Source: a virus (lineage: Duplodnaviria; Caudoviricetes). From it: 64,000 nt of DNA. Numbering within the stretch: position 1 is the first letter of the stretch; each line of letters opens with the position of its first letter. Below, piece after piece: positions 46,795 through 57,044 of this stretch. The notes under the pieces were generated by a model that saw nothing but the letters and a program-made list of their open reading frames with translations, did not search any database and was not told the origin of the DNA. The DNA lies in the IMG/VR virus record IMGVR_UViG_3300042270_000651, positions 1 through 64,000 of that record; one strand, given 5' to 3'. A program made the translations under genes and the position numbers.

Positions 46795-48638
46795 CAGAAC
46801 ACCCCCTTGTAGTTCGGGTTGGGAACGTACACGGCCACCAGACCCTGGCCACCGAAGCCCTCCTGCCCCTGGGGCCCGAAGCACCCATAGGGGTTCTGCA
46901 CGCGCGCACAAACGTCCTGGGTGTAGCAGCATGGGCAGGAGGCCCCGTAGCTGGTGCAGTAGCAGTAGCCGCAGGCGGGGTCGCCGCCGCAGTAGCAATA
47001 CTTCCAGTAGCAGACCACCTGGCAGACGCAGCAGGTGCCATAACTCCCGGCGCCGCCGCCACCACCAATACCACCGTTGCCACCGAAGCCGCCGCCGCTG
47101 CCGCCGCCACCGCCAAGGAAGCCACCGTTACCGGCCGAGTAGGCCATCGACCCGGCGCCGCCGGCGCCAGGCCCCCCGCTACCAGACGCGGCCGTGACGC
47201 CGCAGCCCAGGAAGGGGCGCATCAGGTCGATGGGAGCCCCACCAGCGCCCCAGCTCTCCGTAATGTCAAACGGGATGCAGCCACAGCCGTTGACGCGCGC
47301 CAAATCGGTGGAGAACCCTCGGTCCTCAGGCTCGACGCAGGCCCGAGCAAAGGGGGCGCATTCCATGTTTTGCGGCCACCAACCACAGGTACACAGGGTC
47401 GGGTTCCAGCAGCAGTTACAGCAGCAGCACCAGTCTGTGCAGGTCTCCGTAACCGACCAGCAACAGCACATCTTGCAGTAGCACAGGTAGTTGGCATTGT
47501 TGACCGTGCAGCCTTCGCAGTACGTGAAACCCCAATAGTCTCTGGGGTCCAGGAACCGTGCAGGCGGCACACCAGCCTGATCGTCCGCCTGGAAGGTGTT
47601 ATGGATCGAGAAGTTGCAACACGTAACACCGCCACAACGCTGGTACGTGTAGGCTGGGAAAGCGCAGTGGCAGACGTCGAGGCAGCACTGCTTCGCCTGG
47701 TAACAGTACCGGCACAGGAACTCACAGCGATCAATGGTCACGCCGTTGAAGTTGAGTCGGTCGTTTCCGGCCCCCATGGCCGCCTCGCCCAGGTCTGCGA
47801 CGACAGGTCGGTGAGAGGGCCCACCGCGACCGGAAACGCTCAGACGCCAGCCGTTAAAGTTATGGATGTACGCCACCGCCCGGTTCTGAGCCGGGCGACA
47901 GTGCATCCAGTAGCCCGCCATAGAGGACTCCGGCGTGCCGCCGGAGCCGCCGCCCCCCATCGCCAGGGACACGCAGGCGCAACACTGACATTGAGGATGG
48001 CAGAGGTTGCAGTAGGGCCACTGCTGGTACTGACCGTCGCCGGTTCGGAGGAACGCCGCAGGCACGCCGGGCCCGCCAATACCGGAACCGCCAGTCGCCC
48101 CGCCCAGGTATTGGCAGTGGCAGTTGTCGCAATAGCATAGGGGGTGGCCGATAGCGAACGAACCCCAGCCGTCACCCATCCAGCTTCCCGCAGAGGCGCC
48201 GCCGGGCCACACGTAGGCCGCAGGGCAGCAGTTACACGTACCGCCGCCGCATCCGAAGTGGCAGTAACCATTACCGCCCCGCGCATTAAAGTCACCACCA
48301 GACCCGTAGCCCCCGCAATTCTGCTGGGCCCCGGTGGCGGACACCTCGCTGCCGAACGAGGACGTACACTGCGCGAAGCCGACCTCGACGTCGAACTCCT
48401 GGCCCGGCGTCACAGCGATCCACTTCTCGGCGTAGCCCCCGCCCCCACCGCTGTAGTGGCGGTAGCCGTAGAAGTAGCCGTGACCACCACCGCCCACGGT
48501 GATGACCTTGATGCAGTACGTGTCTTCCGGGACCTTGTAGCGGTGGGGGCCCGGCTTCGTGTAAATCTCGGCGTCCAGCCACTTGTCATTCGGGCCGGAC
48601 CCCTTGGTCGAAAGCTGTTGGCTCGTATAACGGCCCAT
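46794..48638 (-). CDS. Gly-rich, extremely Cys-rich tail fibre/receptor-binding protein
   Basis: VGGGG..GGGGGYAEK.I.VTPGQ glycine-rich domain; about 64 Cys in 614 aa. Confidence 0.75.
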   Translation of the reverse strand: MGRYTSQQLSTKGSGPNDKWLDAEIYTKPGPHRYKVPEDTYCIKVITVGGGGHGYFYGYRHYSGGGGGYAEKWIAVTPGQEFDVEVGFAQCTSSFGSEVSATGAQQNCGGYGSGGDFNARGGNGYCHFGCGGGTCNCCPAAYVWPGGASAGSWMGDGWGSFAIGHPLCYCDNCHCQYLGGATGGSGIGGPGVPAAFLRTGDGQYQQWPYCNLCHPQCQCCACVSLAMGGGGSGGTPESSMAGYWMHCRPAQNRAVAYIHNFNGWRLSVSGRGGPSHRPVVADLGEAAMGAGNDRLNFNGVTIDRCEFLCRYCYQAKQCCLDVCHCAFPAYTYQRCGGVTCCNFSIHNTFQADDQAGVPPARFLDPRDYWGFTYCEGCTVNNANYLCYCKMCCCWSVTETCTDWCCCCNCCWNPTLCTCGWWPQNMECAPFARACVEPEDRGFSTDLARVNGCGCIPFDITESWGAGGAPIDLMRPFLGCGVTAASGSGGPGAGGAGSMAYSAGNGGFLGGGGGSGGGFGGNGGIGGGGGAGSYGTCCVCQVVCYWKYCYCGGDPACGYCYCTSYGASCPCCYTQDVCARVQNPYGCFGPQGQEGFGGQGLVAVYVPNPNYKGVF

Positions 48639-48641
48639 GAC

Positions 48642-48950
48642 TTACTCCTCGTACCCGTGGACCCGCACGACGACACCGGCCACGTCGGAGCGGACTACGA
48701 CGGTTTCTCCCTCGCCCAGCACAATCTGCGTGCGCTCCAGCACGTCCTTGGCCGGCAGGGTGGTGTCTTCGATGAAATCCTCGTTGGCGAGGTCGGCGAC
48801 CGCGCCGTCCACGATGGCCAGCTTTACCTTGGCGCTGGCGTTCGCGGCGTTCAGCACCAGGATGCTCACGGCAGCCCCGGTGCTGGCGGTGTAGACCTCC
48901 GTATCGGTGTCAGCGGTCAGTTCCGCAACACCCAGGCGACCGAACGCCAT
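48642..48950 (-). CDS. Tail fibre-associated virion protein
   Basis: MAFGRLG...VLERTQIVL...VHGYEE. Confidence 0.65.
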   Translation of the reverse strand: MAFGRLGVAELTADTDTEVYTASTGAAVSILVLNAANASAKVKLAIVDGAVADLANEDFIEDTTLPAKDVLERTQIVLGEGETVVVRSDVAGVVVRVHGYEE

Positions 48951-48953
48951 GTC

Positions 48954-49304
48954 TTACCCTCCCTGGAAATAGGCCCGACCGGGCGTCGGCACGCTGTCGG
49001 AGCCGGGGCCGCAGTAGACCTCCTTCTCCCCAGCGGTGAAGTCGATCAGGTCCCGCGTGCCGGCCGAGTTCTTCAGCACACGCACGCGGGTGATCTGATC
49101 GGGAGTGCCCGCAACGAAGACGCCTTCCCCGTACTCCCACTCCGGCGTGGCCTTGTCCTTGTTCACGATGGCGTAGCGCACGCGCTGGCCGTCGACGAAC
49201 CAGTCGGACCAGTCGTGGTACTTGTCCACCGAGACTTCCAAGGTCGCGGCCCCGGTGCCGGTGAACGTCGAAGTCTGGAGCACGCGGTCAGCGTACATCG
49301 TCAC
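48954..49304 (-). CDS. Tail fibre N-terminal-type protein
   Basis: ADRVLQTSTFTGTG...WEYGEG...FTAGEKEVY. Confidence 0.65.
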   Translation of the reverse strand: MTMYADRVLQTSTFTGTGAATLEVSVDKYHDWSDWFVDGQRVRYAIVNKDKATPEWEYGEGVFVAGTPDQITRVRVLKNSAGTRDLIDFTAGEKEVYCGPGSDSVPTPGRAYFQGG

Positions 49305-49309
49305 CTCCG

Positions 49310-49726
49310 TTAGGCCAGGGTCACGTCCAGGTCGCCGGCCGCGATCTTGAACTGGTCGCCGGTCTCGATGGTCTTGGCCGACGTCAGCTGCCCATGGAAC
49401 AGCAGGTTGTCGGTGCCGGTGTTGCCGTCGTAGATGCCGACGTGCGTGATCGTGCCCCAGTCGGCCGTGGCCTCCGGGAACAGAATGTCGGCGCTGTTGG
49501 CCGTCGCACCGTTGGAGGGGACGTCGAAGGCCGCGCTCTGGCGGGCGTAGGCGGTGGCGTTGCTGCTGCCGTCGACGTCGGGCACCTCAGTGCCGCTGTC
49601 GGCGTCAGTCGGGTCGGCGGTGAACAGCGCCACGTATACCGTGGTCGGGCTGGTCATGGCCTGGTTCCGCAGAACGTGGTTCAGCAGAGCGTTTTCGGTG
49701 TAATCGGACAGGGCACTCATTGCCAT
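49310..49726 (-). CDS. Minor tail / fibre anchor protein
   Basis: YVALFTADP, YARQ and WGTITHVGIYD motifs. Confidence 0.75.
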   Translation of the reverse strand: MAMSALSDYTENALLNHVLRNQAMTSPTTVYVALFTADPTDADSGTEVPDVDGSSNATAYARQSAAFDVPSNGATANSADILFPEATADWGTITHVGIYDGNTGTDNLLFHGQLTSAKTIETGDQFKIAAGDLDVTLA

Positions 49727-49732
49727 TCCTCC

Positions 49733-52700
49733 TTACGGTTGAGGCACTTCCTCGCAGATCAAAGTCACGAACCCGGCGTCATCGGTGTCGACCTCAACAG
49801 CCCTGGTCATCACGCCCAGCGGCTCGTAGTGGACAAGATCGCCGCGCTCCACATCGTCGAAGCTGTAGGGAAGCGAGAAGGTGAACGTGCGCTTGAGCGG
49901 TGCATTCAATTGCAGCCAATCCTGCAACATGGCATCCGCCGTGGCGTCGTCGGCCAGCCAGCCTCCCTGCAGCTCTGCCCGCCGTTCCTCCAGAACTTCC
50001 TCCATGGAGCGGACAGCCCAACGATCTTGGGTCGTGGGACCTCTGACCAGCACCTTAGAGAACTCCCCATTGATTGTCCTGTACCGGAGGGTCGCGTGGT
50101 TCACGACCTGCTCCAGCTTTGACCAATCAATTTTCGGCGGGTTCATAAGGTCGTCCAGGTCAATCCCTCGAACGTCTTGCGTCTCGTCGAGCTTGCGGAT
50201 CAGGCGCACCTCGTCGCCCTGCTCGAAGACATACATCACCGCCTGCTTGGCGGCCTCGTCCAGCATCTTCGACACGCTGGTCTGCTCGGCGAGGCGGCGT
50301 GCGAAGACCCAGCCCATGGCGGTGTACCAGTCCCGCGCCCGCGCGTAGTTGAAGGGGTCCACCTTGTAGCCCTGGCGCTCGGCCAAGTCCTTCACCACGG
50401 TGGCGGGGTTGCCGTCCAGGCCCTGCACCGTCGCCGTCAGGCGGTTCACCGGCTCGCGCACCACGGGCTCGAACTCGATCAGCAGCTCCAGCCGCACGAC
50501 CATCACGTCCTGGGTGCCGGCCCCGCCGTAGCGCAGGGCGGCCAGCTTGTTTGTGAAGACCGACCAGTCGGGGTCGTGCCCCAGCGGGATCGGGAACAGG
50601 TTGACCACCGTGCGGGGGCTCTTGAACGAGAACGTCAGGTTGCCCGACCCGGCGCTGCCGTCCACGCGCGCCACCGGCTGGAAGCTCGGCACGTCGGAAT
50701 ACTTGTTCTGCACGTAGGGCGAGCCCGAGAAGCCACCGCCGCCGACGGAGAACTTCGGATTTACCTGAACCGAGTATTTGATCCAGGCCGCCTGCGGGGC
50801 GTTGGCCGCGCGATAGCTGGGGTAGCTGTACTCATAGCTCTCGACGGTCAGGTACTCCTGCCCGGCCGAGATCGACACGTTGAACTGCACAGCCTGATTG
50901 AAGCCGATGACCCCATACGTCGGGTCTTGGCCATTGATCCTGAACTTGCAGGTGCCGGTGTAGGACACATCGTACCCGGCCTGCCCGAACCAGACGGTGA
51001 TGACGAGGGTCTGGCTTGTGGCCCCAGCTGGGATCGGAATGCGCGAGTCCAGAGGGGCCGCCCAGCCGCTGGTGCCGCTGTAGACGGGGTACGCCGGTTG
51101 GATGGTCACGTTCTCGTTGGCGGTGTTGGACAGGTAGCCCGCCGAGTTGCTGCTGATGCCGGACACGTTGTTGCTACGCAGCGCGGCGGTCATGCTGCTC
51201 ACGGTGTCCACGCTAATCGTCTTGCTGACGGTCTGGTCACCGCCCGCGTTCTCCATGTTCAGCTCGCCCAGCTTCCGCCCGCCCCACTCCACGTCCACGG
51301 TGTCGATGGTCGCCGCCGACGTGCCGTGCTCGACCAGGAGCCACGCTTTCTTCACCCGGCCGCGTGGGGGCATGTCCGTCACCTGGCGGACCACCAGGTC
51401 GGTGTTCGACGACTTGCGCAGGGTCGCCATGGCGCTGCTGTCGAGGTTGCCCACGGCGATGGTGCGGGTGGCGGTCGTCACGCCGACGGTCACCGACCCC
51501 GGCGGGGCTCCGTAGAGCTTCACGTCCACGCTCAACAGGTCGACGTCGTCGTCCTTGTCGAAGGTGAAGGGCGCCCCGGTCCACACGACGCCGCCGCTGT
51601 CGTAGACCCAGGCGATCTTGCCCCCGATGCGGACCTCGGCGCGGGAGTTGGGCGGCATCGTTTCGGTGACCGCGAAGTCGACCTCGTAGACGCCGCTGAT
51701 GATGCGACTCGACCCGCCCTGCTCCGTCGGACGCGGGAACTCGATGTTGTCACTCTCGGTGACGTTGGTCGGCAGGCTGGCCGCTCCCTGGGTCTCTGTG
51801 CCGGTGACCGCGCGGATGGCGTTGGGCCCGTTCACCGCCGTCGAGGTCCCGTCCACCTCGTCGAAGTGCGCCTCCAGCACCTTGGCCGGCTCGACCTTGT
51901 CCTTGGTCGGCAGGCTGGTGAACGACACCAGGGCGTCAGTCAGGTCGAGGCTGCCGCCGAACAGCACCTGCCCGTCGCCCTTCACGGCTGAAATTGATTG
52001 CACGGCATGGCCCGCCGCGAGGTACGTGGTCTGCCCGGCGAGGCAGGCGGCGGTGCCGGTGCGGTGGTAGCGCGTCACACTCAAGCCGGTCAGCGTGCCG
52101 TCGTCCTTGCCAGTGTAGGCGTAGCTGACGCCGTCCACCACGACGGTGCCGCTGGCGGGGAATGCGGTCGCGTCGGCCACCTTGAGTACCCGGTCGCCGG
52201 GGTCCGCCTCGTCGGCCAGGGTCGTGAAGGGCGGCTGCGCCACCGGCAGCAGGGGGCATTCCTCCACCGTGCCGTAGATCATCGGCTTGGCCTGCCCCAT
52301 GGCCTCGGCGGGAGCGTCCGGCCACTCCCCGGCCTCGATCACGCCATAGTTGGGGATCGTGCGCGGCGTCACGCGCCGGGGACCCAGCACCAGGGTCAGC
52401 TTGCTGCCGACCTGGGAGGGCTCCTGCTCGAACACCCCCTCGAACAGCAGGTCCCCGTCCTCGACCCCCAGCATGCCGTCGACCACCCGCCAGACGCGGA
52501 CCGTGCGGGACAGCCAGCGCAGAGGGCAGTTCGGCAGGGCCTCGCCGTTGACGATGACCTTGAGCTGGTGGGTGCTGATCGCGCCCCACTTCTCCACCGC
52601 CGGCAGCACTTCGATGGTGCCGATGTGGCGCGGGGCGTCCGACAACAGGAGTGTCAGGTCGTCCAGCTCGGCTTCCAGCAGCAGGGTGGCGCGGCTGGCC

Positions 52701-52744
52701 GGGGAGTTCAGGTCCCGCAGCAGCGTCTCGTGCAGCGATTTCAT
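49733..52744 (-). CDS. Tail tip / hub protein
   Basis: 1003 aa; P.IYG motif; second gene after tape measure. Confidence 0.7.
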   Translation of the reverse strand: MKSLHETLLRDLNSPASRATLLLEAELDDLTLLLSDAPRHIGTIEVLPAVEKWGAISTHQLKVIVNGEALPNCPLRWLSRTVRVWRVVDGMLGVEDGDLLFEGVFEQEPSQVGSKLTLVLGPRRVTPRTIPNYGVIEAGEWPDAPAEAMGQAKPMIYGTVEECPLLPVAQPPFTTLADEADPGDRVLKVADATAFPASGTVVVDGVSYAYTGKDDGTLTGLSVTRYHRTGTAACLAGQTTYLAAGHAVQSISAVKGDGQVLFGGSLDLTDALVSFTSLPTKDKVEPAKVLEAHFDEVDGTSTAVNGPNAIRAVTGTETQGAASLPTNVTESDNIEFPRPTEQGGSSRIISGVYEVDFAVTETMPPNSRAEVRIGGKIAWVYDSGGVVWTGAPFTFDKDDDVDLLSVDVKLYGAPPGSVTVGVTTATRTIAVGNLDSSAMATLRKSSNTDLVVRQVTDMPPRGRVKKAWLLVEHGTSAATIDTVDVEWGGRKLGELNMENAGGDQTVSKTISVDTVSSMTAALRSNNVSGISSNSAGYLSNTANENVTIQPAYPVYSGTSGWAAPLDSRIPIPAGATSQTLVITVWFGQAGYDVSYTGTCKFRINGQDPTYGVIGFNQAVQFNVSISAGQEYLTVESYEYSYPSYRAANAPQAAWIKYSVQVNPKFSVGGGGFSGSPYVQNKYSDVPSFQPVARVDGSAGSGNLTFSFKSPRTVVNLFPIPLGHDPDWSVFTNKLAALRYGGAGTQDVMVVRLELLIEFEPVVREPVNRLTATVQGLDGNPATVVKDLAERQGYKVDPFNYARARDWYTAMGWVFARRLAEQTSVSKMLDEAAKQAVMYVFEQGDEVRLIRKLDETQDVRGIDLDDLMNPPKIDWSKLEQVVNHATLRYRTINGEFSKVLVRGPTTQDRWAVRSMEEVLEERRAELQGGWLADDATADAMLQDWLQLNAPLKRTFTFSLPYSFDDVERGDLVHYEPLGVMTRAVEVDTDDAGFVTLICEEVPQP

Positions 52745-53361
52745 CGGACCTCCCGTGCCTCGATCTGGCCGGTGTAATAGTTGACGTTGTCACGGGAGAA
52801 CGGGAACGGGCTCGGGGCCCGCACCAGCCGCAGGCCCACCCCCAGGTTGTCGATGCAGGCCGGGAGCCGGAAGCCGTAGGTCACCCCGTACCATTCGCGG
52901 AACAGCTTCACCTCGGCCGCCGTCAGGCCCTCCCACACCCACTTGCCGGTGCGCTCGGTGCCGTAGACCTTGGAGAACCCGGTGCCGGCCAGCGTCTTGC
53001 GGTCGTCGGCGATCACGCTCTCCTCGAACCCGAACGGGAAGCCGGGGTTGGGCACGCCGATCAGCCGCCCCAGGTAGAGCAGGCCCACCTCCCCGGCGCT
53101 GCCCGTGCGCACCCGCCATTTGGCGGCGGTGACGTCCGGCACCGGCACAATGCCCTCGCCCGACGCCGTGGCCGACCACTCCAGCGTGGCGAAGTCGTCG
53201 TTTGACGCCTCGATGTGCACCTCGTCGCAGGTCACGTCGAACACCGCCGCGCCTGACACCTCGTCGGTGAAATTGATTTCACGCGCCACAGCGCCCGCCG
53301 CCACCCGCGTCGGGATGGGGCGGTGCGTGACCTCGAAGAAATCGGAGAACAGTACCCGCAT
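52741..53361 (-). CDS. Distal tail protein
   Basis: Directly after tape measure; VGLLYLG motif. Confidence 0.6.
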   Translation of the reverse strand: MRVLFSDFFEVTHRPIPTRVAAGAVAREINFTDEVSGAAVFDVTCDEVHIEASNDDFATLEWSATASGEGIVPVPDVTAAKWRVRTGSAGEVGLLYLGRLIGVPNPGFPFGFEESVIADDRKTLAGTGFSKVYGTERTGKWVWEGLTAAEVKLFREWYGVTYGFRLPACIDNLGVGLRLVRAPSPFPFSRDNVNYYTGQIEAREVR

Positions 53362-56246
53362 CAGCCGAACCTCATTGTGCTAGTGTCACGCCCCAGGGCA
53401 TCCGCGTTGAGCAGGGGTTTGCCCATCAGCCCCGCCCGGTTGATCGCCTCCACGACACCCTGGACGACGCTGTCCTTGATGGCCGCCGCGTCCCCGTCGC
53501 CCGCGTTCACGTTCACCGTAAGGCTCACGTCGCCGCCCATCTTGTGGTTGGGTACGACGGTCCCCGCCTTGGACGGGTACAGCAGCTCGGGGCCCTGCTC
53601 GCCGACCAGCAGGGGCTTGTTCGCCATGAAGTCGCCGCCCAGCGCGCGGCGGGCGTAGGCGGTGCCCTGCGTGGCACGTCTGATCTCGCGAGGGCTGTAG
53701 ACCAACTCACCCTGCGGATTACGAACAGAGGCGACCTCGCCGGTCTCCCAGTTGAAGCCGCCCACCGTGTAGCCATGGTTCAGGGCCTCGCCCTTCACCC
53801 TGTTCGAAATCATGTTGACTTCTTCGTAGACTTTCTTGACCGCGTTGGCCGCTCTGTCAGCCCCGTCCTCGGCCCCCTGACCCAGCGAGTCCGCGATCTG
53901 CCGCCCCACGTCCTCGGTGGCCGGAGGCAAACGACCGAACTCCCTGATAATTCTATCCGTCGCATCGCGCGCCTCTTCGACGGCTCGGCTGTTATACTCA
54001 TCACGGATTTTGGTCAGGGCCTCGTACTTCTGTTGCTGGAGCACCAGGATCATCTCTTGGTTGTCGCCCGCTGCCTTTATCAGGCCGTCATAGTGCTCGC
54101 GGGTTTTATCCAGTTCGTACTGGAGGGCGCCCAAAAGCTCTCGTTTGCGGGCCTCAAGGGCCTCCTTGTAGACCTCCTTTGCCTCCTCCTGGTTCGCCTT
54201 CAGTTCGTCAATGGCGGCCTGGCGCTGCTCCCGCAATTTTAGTGTCTCGCGAGCCTCCTCCTGTAGCGCGGCGATGTTCTCGGCCCCGATGCTCTGCCGC
54301 GTCTCGCCAAGTTCCTTCAGGCGCTCGTCGACCATCGCCATCACCTGCTTTTCGCGGGTGAGTGCCTGGTATGCCTCAGCCCCCTTCCGCAGGGCGGCCA
54401 GCTCCAGGTTCAGCATGTCAATGCTCTTCTGTGAAGACCCGGCCTTGACCTCCTCGGCCTCCTTGGCGTCCTTCAATGCATCATTGTAGTTAAAGACTGC
54501 GCCGTTCAGCCGCTCGATAGCCTGCTTCGTCTTGGCGGCCTGAAGGTTCAATGCCACGAACTGCGCGTCCGTCAAATTCTCCGGATCAGACAATCTCTGT
54601 TGTAGTGCGGCATGTTCCTTCGTCAGGCCCTCCAGCTTCTCACGAGCTGCTTGGGCCCCCTCCTTCAACTGGTCGAACGTGGCCCCGTCCAGATTTTCGG
54701 ATGCCGCAACAAAACCGTCCACCGCCGCAGTCAAGGTGGCTGTCTCAGCCCTAGCCTCCCGCATCGTGGCGTTGGCCTGCTCCAGAGACCGCAGGAACTT
54801 CATTTCCTCCACGGCGTAATATCCGAGCACCAGTAGTCCGGCCGAAAGGGCAGCCGTCATACCGCCGGCAGTAGTCGTGAGAGCAGCCATCGCGGTCCGG
54901 ACAGTCGCGGTGGTCCCGGCTACGGTGGGAAGCCGGATGTTGAGCAACCGAACGGCCCCGGCCAGGGCCCTGATACCCGTGAGCACGCCCACGCCCGTAG
55001 CACCAAAGGCCGTAAGCGCGGCTATGGCGGTCTGGACATCATCAGGCAGGGCTTGAAATTCTACCCGCAGGGCATTGAGCCCATCGGTCACCGTGGCTGC
55101 CATTTCTTTTAGGGCTGGTGCAAGTGCCCCACCCACGGTCGCCCCGAGCACCTGAGCTGCATTCGACGCTTGAGCGAGCTGTTTGGAGAGGGCCTCGTTG
55201 GCCTTCTCGTACTCTTTGTTAAGGGCCGTCTGTTCCTGGGCCTCCAGGTTGGCCAGGCCCATGACCTCCTTGAACCGTTCGAGGTTACCGATAAGCGGCA
55301 AAAAGTCGCGTATCGTTTCCTGCTGGTTCAGGCTCATCATCTTCAGGATGTCTACGAGGTTCGTCCCCTCGTCCTGGGCAAGCCGCAGCCCCTCAACAAA
55401 ACGCATGAACACGTTCATGGCGTCCTGCTCGAAGGATTGCTTCAAATCAGCCAGAGCAATCCCGGTCAATCGAGACAGCTTTTGTGCTGCCGCTCCACCC
55501 TCCTGGATGGACAGGTTGATCTGCTGGAACACGCGGCCGATGGCCGTTGAGGCTGACTCCGACCGAGCGCCAGTTTCCACCAGGGCTGCTGCCATGCCAG
55601 AGACTGCGGTCGTCCCCAACTCGAACATCTGGGTCGTTCTGGACATCTCGAGCGCCATATTGGCGATCTCGGACTCGGTCCCCTTGATGTTGTTGCCCAA
55701 TTGCACAATCACGGAACCCAGGCGGCCGACCTCGGAGATGTCCTCCTTCATTACCCCCAGCATTCGAGACAGTGCGACAGCCGCCTCCTCACCGGCCAGG
55801 TCAGTGGCCGTACCCATCTTGGCCACGGTTTCGGTGAACGTGATGATGTCGTCGGCCCCCTGGATGCCCAGCTGACCGGCCACCGTGGCGATCTGCCCCA
55901 GTTCCTCCTTGGGCACCGCCGACGACGCGGCCATGTCCATAAACCGAGCCTTAAAGTCCTCCAGTTCCGCACCTGCCATGCCGGTGGTCTTCTCCACCGC
56001 GATCATGGCGTCTTCCACGGCCATGAACTCGCCTACCGTGGCACGCATAGCGGCGCTCCCGGCGGTGAACGCACCGAAGGCGGCTGCCGCGTCCCGCAGC
56101 GCCGCCCCCACTTCTCCGATCCGGCCGGATGCCTCTCGAGCATCCCGCCCCGTGTCACCAAGCTCTCGGCGATGGCGGTTGAGCACCTTCGTGGCCTCGT
56201 CCCGCATCGTCATAATGAAGCGGAGTTCTTCGCTCGTCACCGCCAT
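53361..56246 (-). CDS. Tape measure protein
   Basis: TP901-like core (AGQLGI, LGNN...ESEI), helical, C-terminal VGEQGPEL. Confidence 0.92.
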   Translation of the reverse strand: MAVTSEELRFIMTMRDEATKVLNRHRRELGDTGRDAREASGRIGEVGAALRDAAAAFGAFTAGSAAMRATVGEFMAVEDAMIAVEKTTGMAGAELEDFKARFMDMAASSAVPKEELGQIATVAGQLGIQGADDIITFTETVAKMGTATDLAGEEAAVALSRMLGVMKEDISEVGRLGSVIVQLGNNIKGTESEIANMALEMSRTTQMFELGTTAVSGMAAALVETGARSESASTAIGRVFQQINLSIQEGGAAAQKLSRLTGIALADLKQSFEQDAMNVFMRFVEGLRLAQDEGTNLVDILKMMSLNQQETIRDFLPLIGNLERFKEVMGLANLEAQEQTALNKEYEKANEALSKQLAQASNAAQVLGATVGGALAPALKEMAATVTDGLNALRVEFQALPDDVQTAIAALTAFGATGVGVLTGIRALAGAVRLLNIRLPTVAGTTATVRTAMAALTTTAGGMTAALSAGLLVLGYYAVEEMKFLRSLEQANATMREARAETATLTAAVDGFVAASENLDGATFDQLKEGAQAAREKLEGLTKEHAALQQRLSDPENLTDAQFVALNLQAAKTKQAIERLNGAVFNYNDALKDAKEAEEVKAGSSQKSIDMLNLELAALRKGAEAYQALTREKQVMAMVDERLKELGETRQSIGAENIAALQEEARETLKLREQRQAAIDELKANQEEAKEVYKEALEARKRELLGALQYELDKTREHYDGLIKAAGDNQEMILVLQQQKYEALTKIRDEYNSRAVEEARDATDRIIREFGRLPPATEDVGRQIADSLGQGAEDGADRAANAVKKVYEEVNMISNRVKGEALNHGYTVGGFNWETGEVASVRNPQGELVYSPREIRRATQGTAYARRALGGDFMANKPLLVGEQGPELLYPSKAGTVVPNHKMGGDVSLTVNVNAGDGDAAAIKDSVVQGVVEAINRAGLMGKPLLNADALGRDTSTMRFG

Positions 56247-56253
56247 CGCACTA

Positions 56254-56643
56254 TTACCTCCTGTTTTGTCGTGCGGCTTCCTGCTCCTCCTGAGTCTTCC
56301 TGCACTCGCCCAGAGTGACTTCCACAAGCTCCAGCAGTTCCAGGCCGCGTGACGCCTGCTGGGTGATCGAACCGGGGTCCGGGAGCATCCCCTGTCGGTA
56401 GTAGCGGTGTAGCCGCATCAAGCGACCGAAGCCGTCCGGGTCGTCCTTGATAGGTCGCCTCGGGCAGGCGTAGTCCTCGATCTCGTCGATGCGCAACGGC
56501 ATGACGGCGGGGCTCTCCCAGGTCCCGTCGGCCAGTTGTCGGGCATCACAGCCCCGCTCCTTGCGCTGCAACTGATTGCAGGTGGCGCACTGGCGCTCCG
56601 GGAGCAGGGCCAGTGCGACTACACCGCGTCGGACTTTTTTTCC
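56254..56643 (-). CDS. Tail chaperone -1 frameshift extension (gpGT-like)
   Basis: -1 frame open from slippery A AAA AAG to stop at 56254. Confidence 0.75.
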   Translation of the reverse strand, partial: GKKVRRGVVALALLPERQCATCNQLQRKERGCDARQLADGTWESPAVMPLRIDEIEDYACPRRPIKDDPDGFGRLMRLHRYYRQGMLPDPGSITQQASRGLELLELVEVTLGECRKTQEEQEAARQNRR

Positions 56644-57044
56644 TCGTCCCGCGTCACCCGGTTACGCTTCTGGATGGCCTCGGACAGCTCGCGGATGCGC
56701 TCCATGCCCAGGCGGTTCAGACACTCATCAGCCGCCACCTCGTAAGACCGGCCGCCAAGGTTCCGCTTCACCGTGCGGAAGTCGATGTGGTTGCCGTCCT
56801 GATCTTGGAAGTTGTCCCAGCCGCACAGGCCGAAGCGCACGCGCTCGACGTGGGACTGGTTGATCTTGATGCTGGGCGTCCCGGTCTCTCCCTCGAACGA
56901 CAGGCTGTTGTCGTTGATGTGTGAGGTCACGGTGACGTCGAGGGTGCGGAGCTTGAACGTCGTCGCGTCCGGCGTCCCCTTGCCGGGGTCGTCATCGAAC
57001 TGGAAGTCGAACGTTTCCGCGAGGGTGAGACCCTTCAAAGCCAT
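56619..57044 (-). CDS. Tail assembly chaperone (gpG-like)
   Basis: MALKGLTLA with AGGAG RBS; ends EEKKSDAV; GLCGWDNF motif. Confidence 0.75.
   Translation of the reverse strand: MALKGLTLAETFDFQFDDDPGKGTPDATTFKLRTLDVTVTSHINDNSLSFEGETGTPSIKINQSHVERVRFGLCGWDNFQDQDGNHIDFRTVKRNLGGRSYEVAADECLNRLGMERIRELSEAIQKRNRVTRDEEKKSDAV

Noticed and set aside
46794-48638. Diversity-generating retroelement target (Cys/Tyr-rich codons)
   Set aside because: No reverse transcriptase and no template/variable repeat pair seen in the window
41989-55705. Weak motif-like matches near 41989, 50122 and 55692
   Set aside because: Three or more mismatches to the consensus, so not counted
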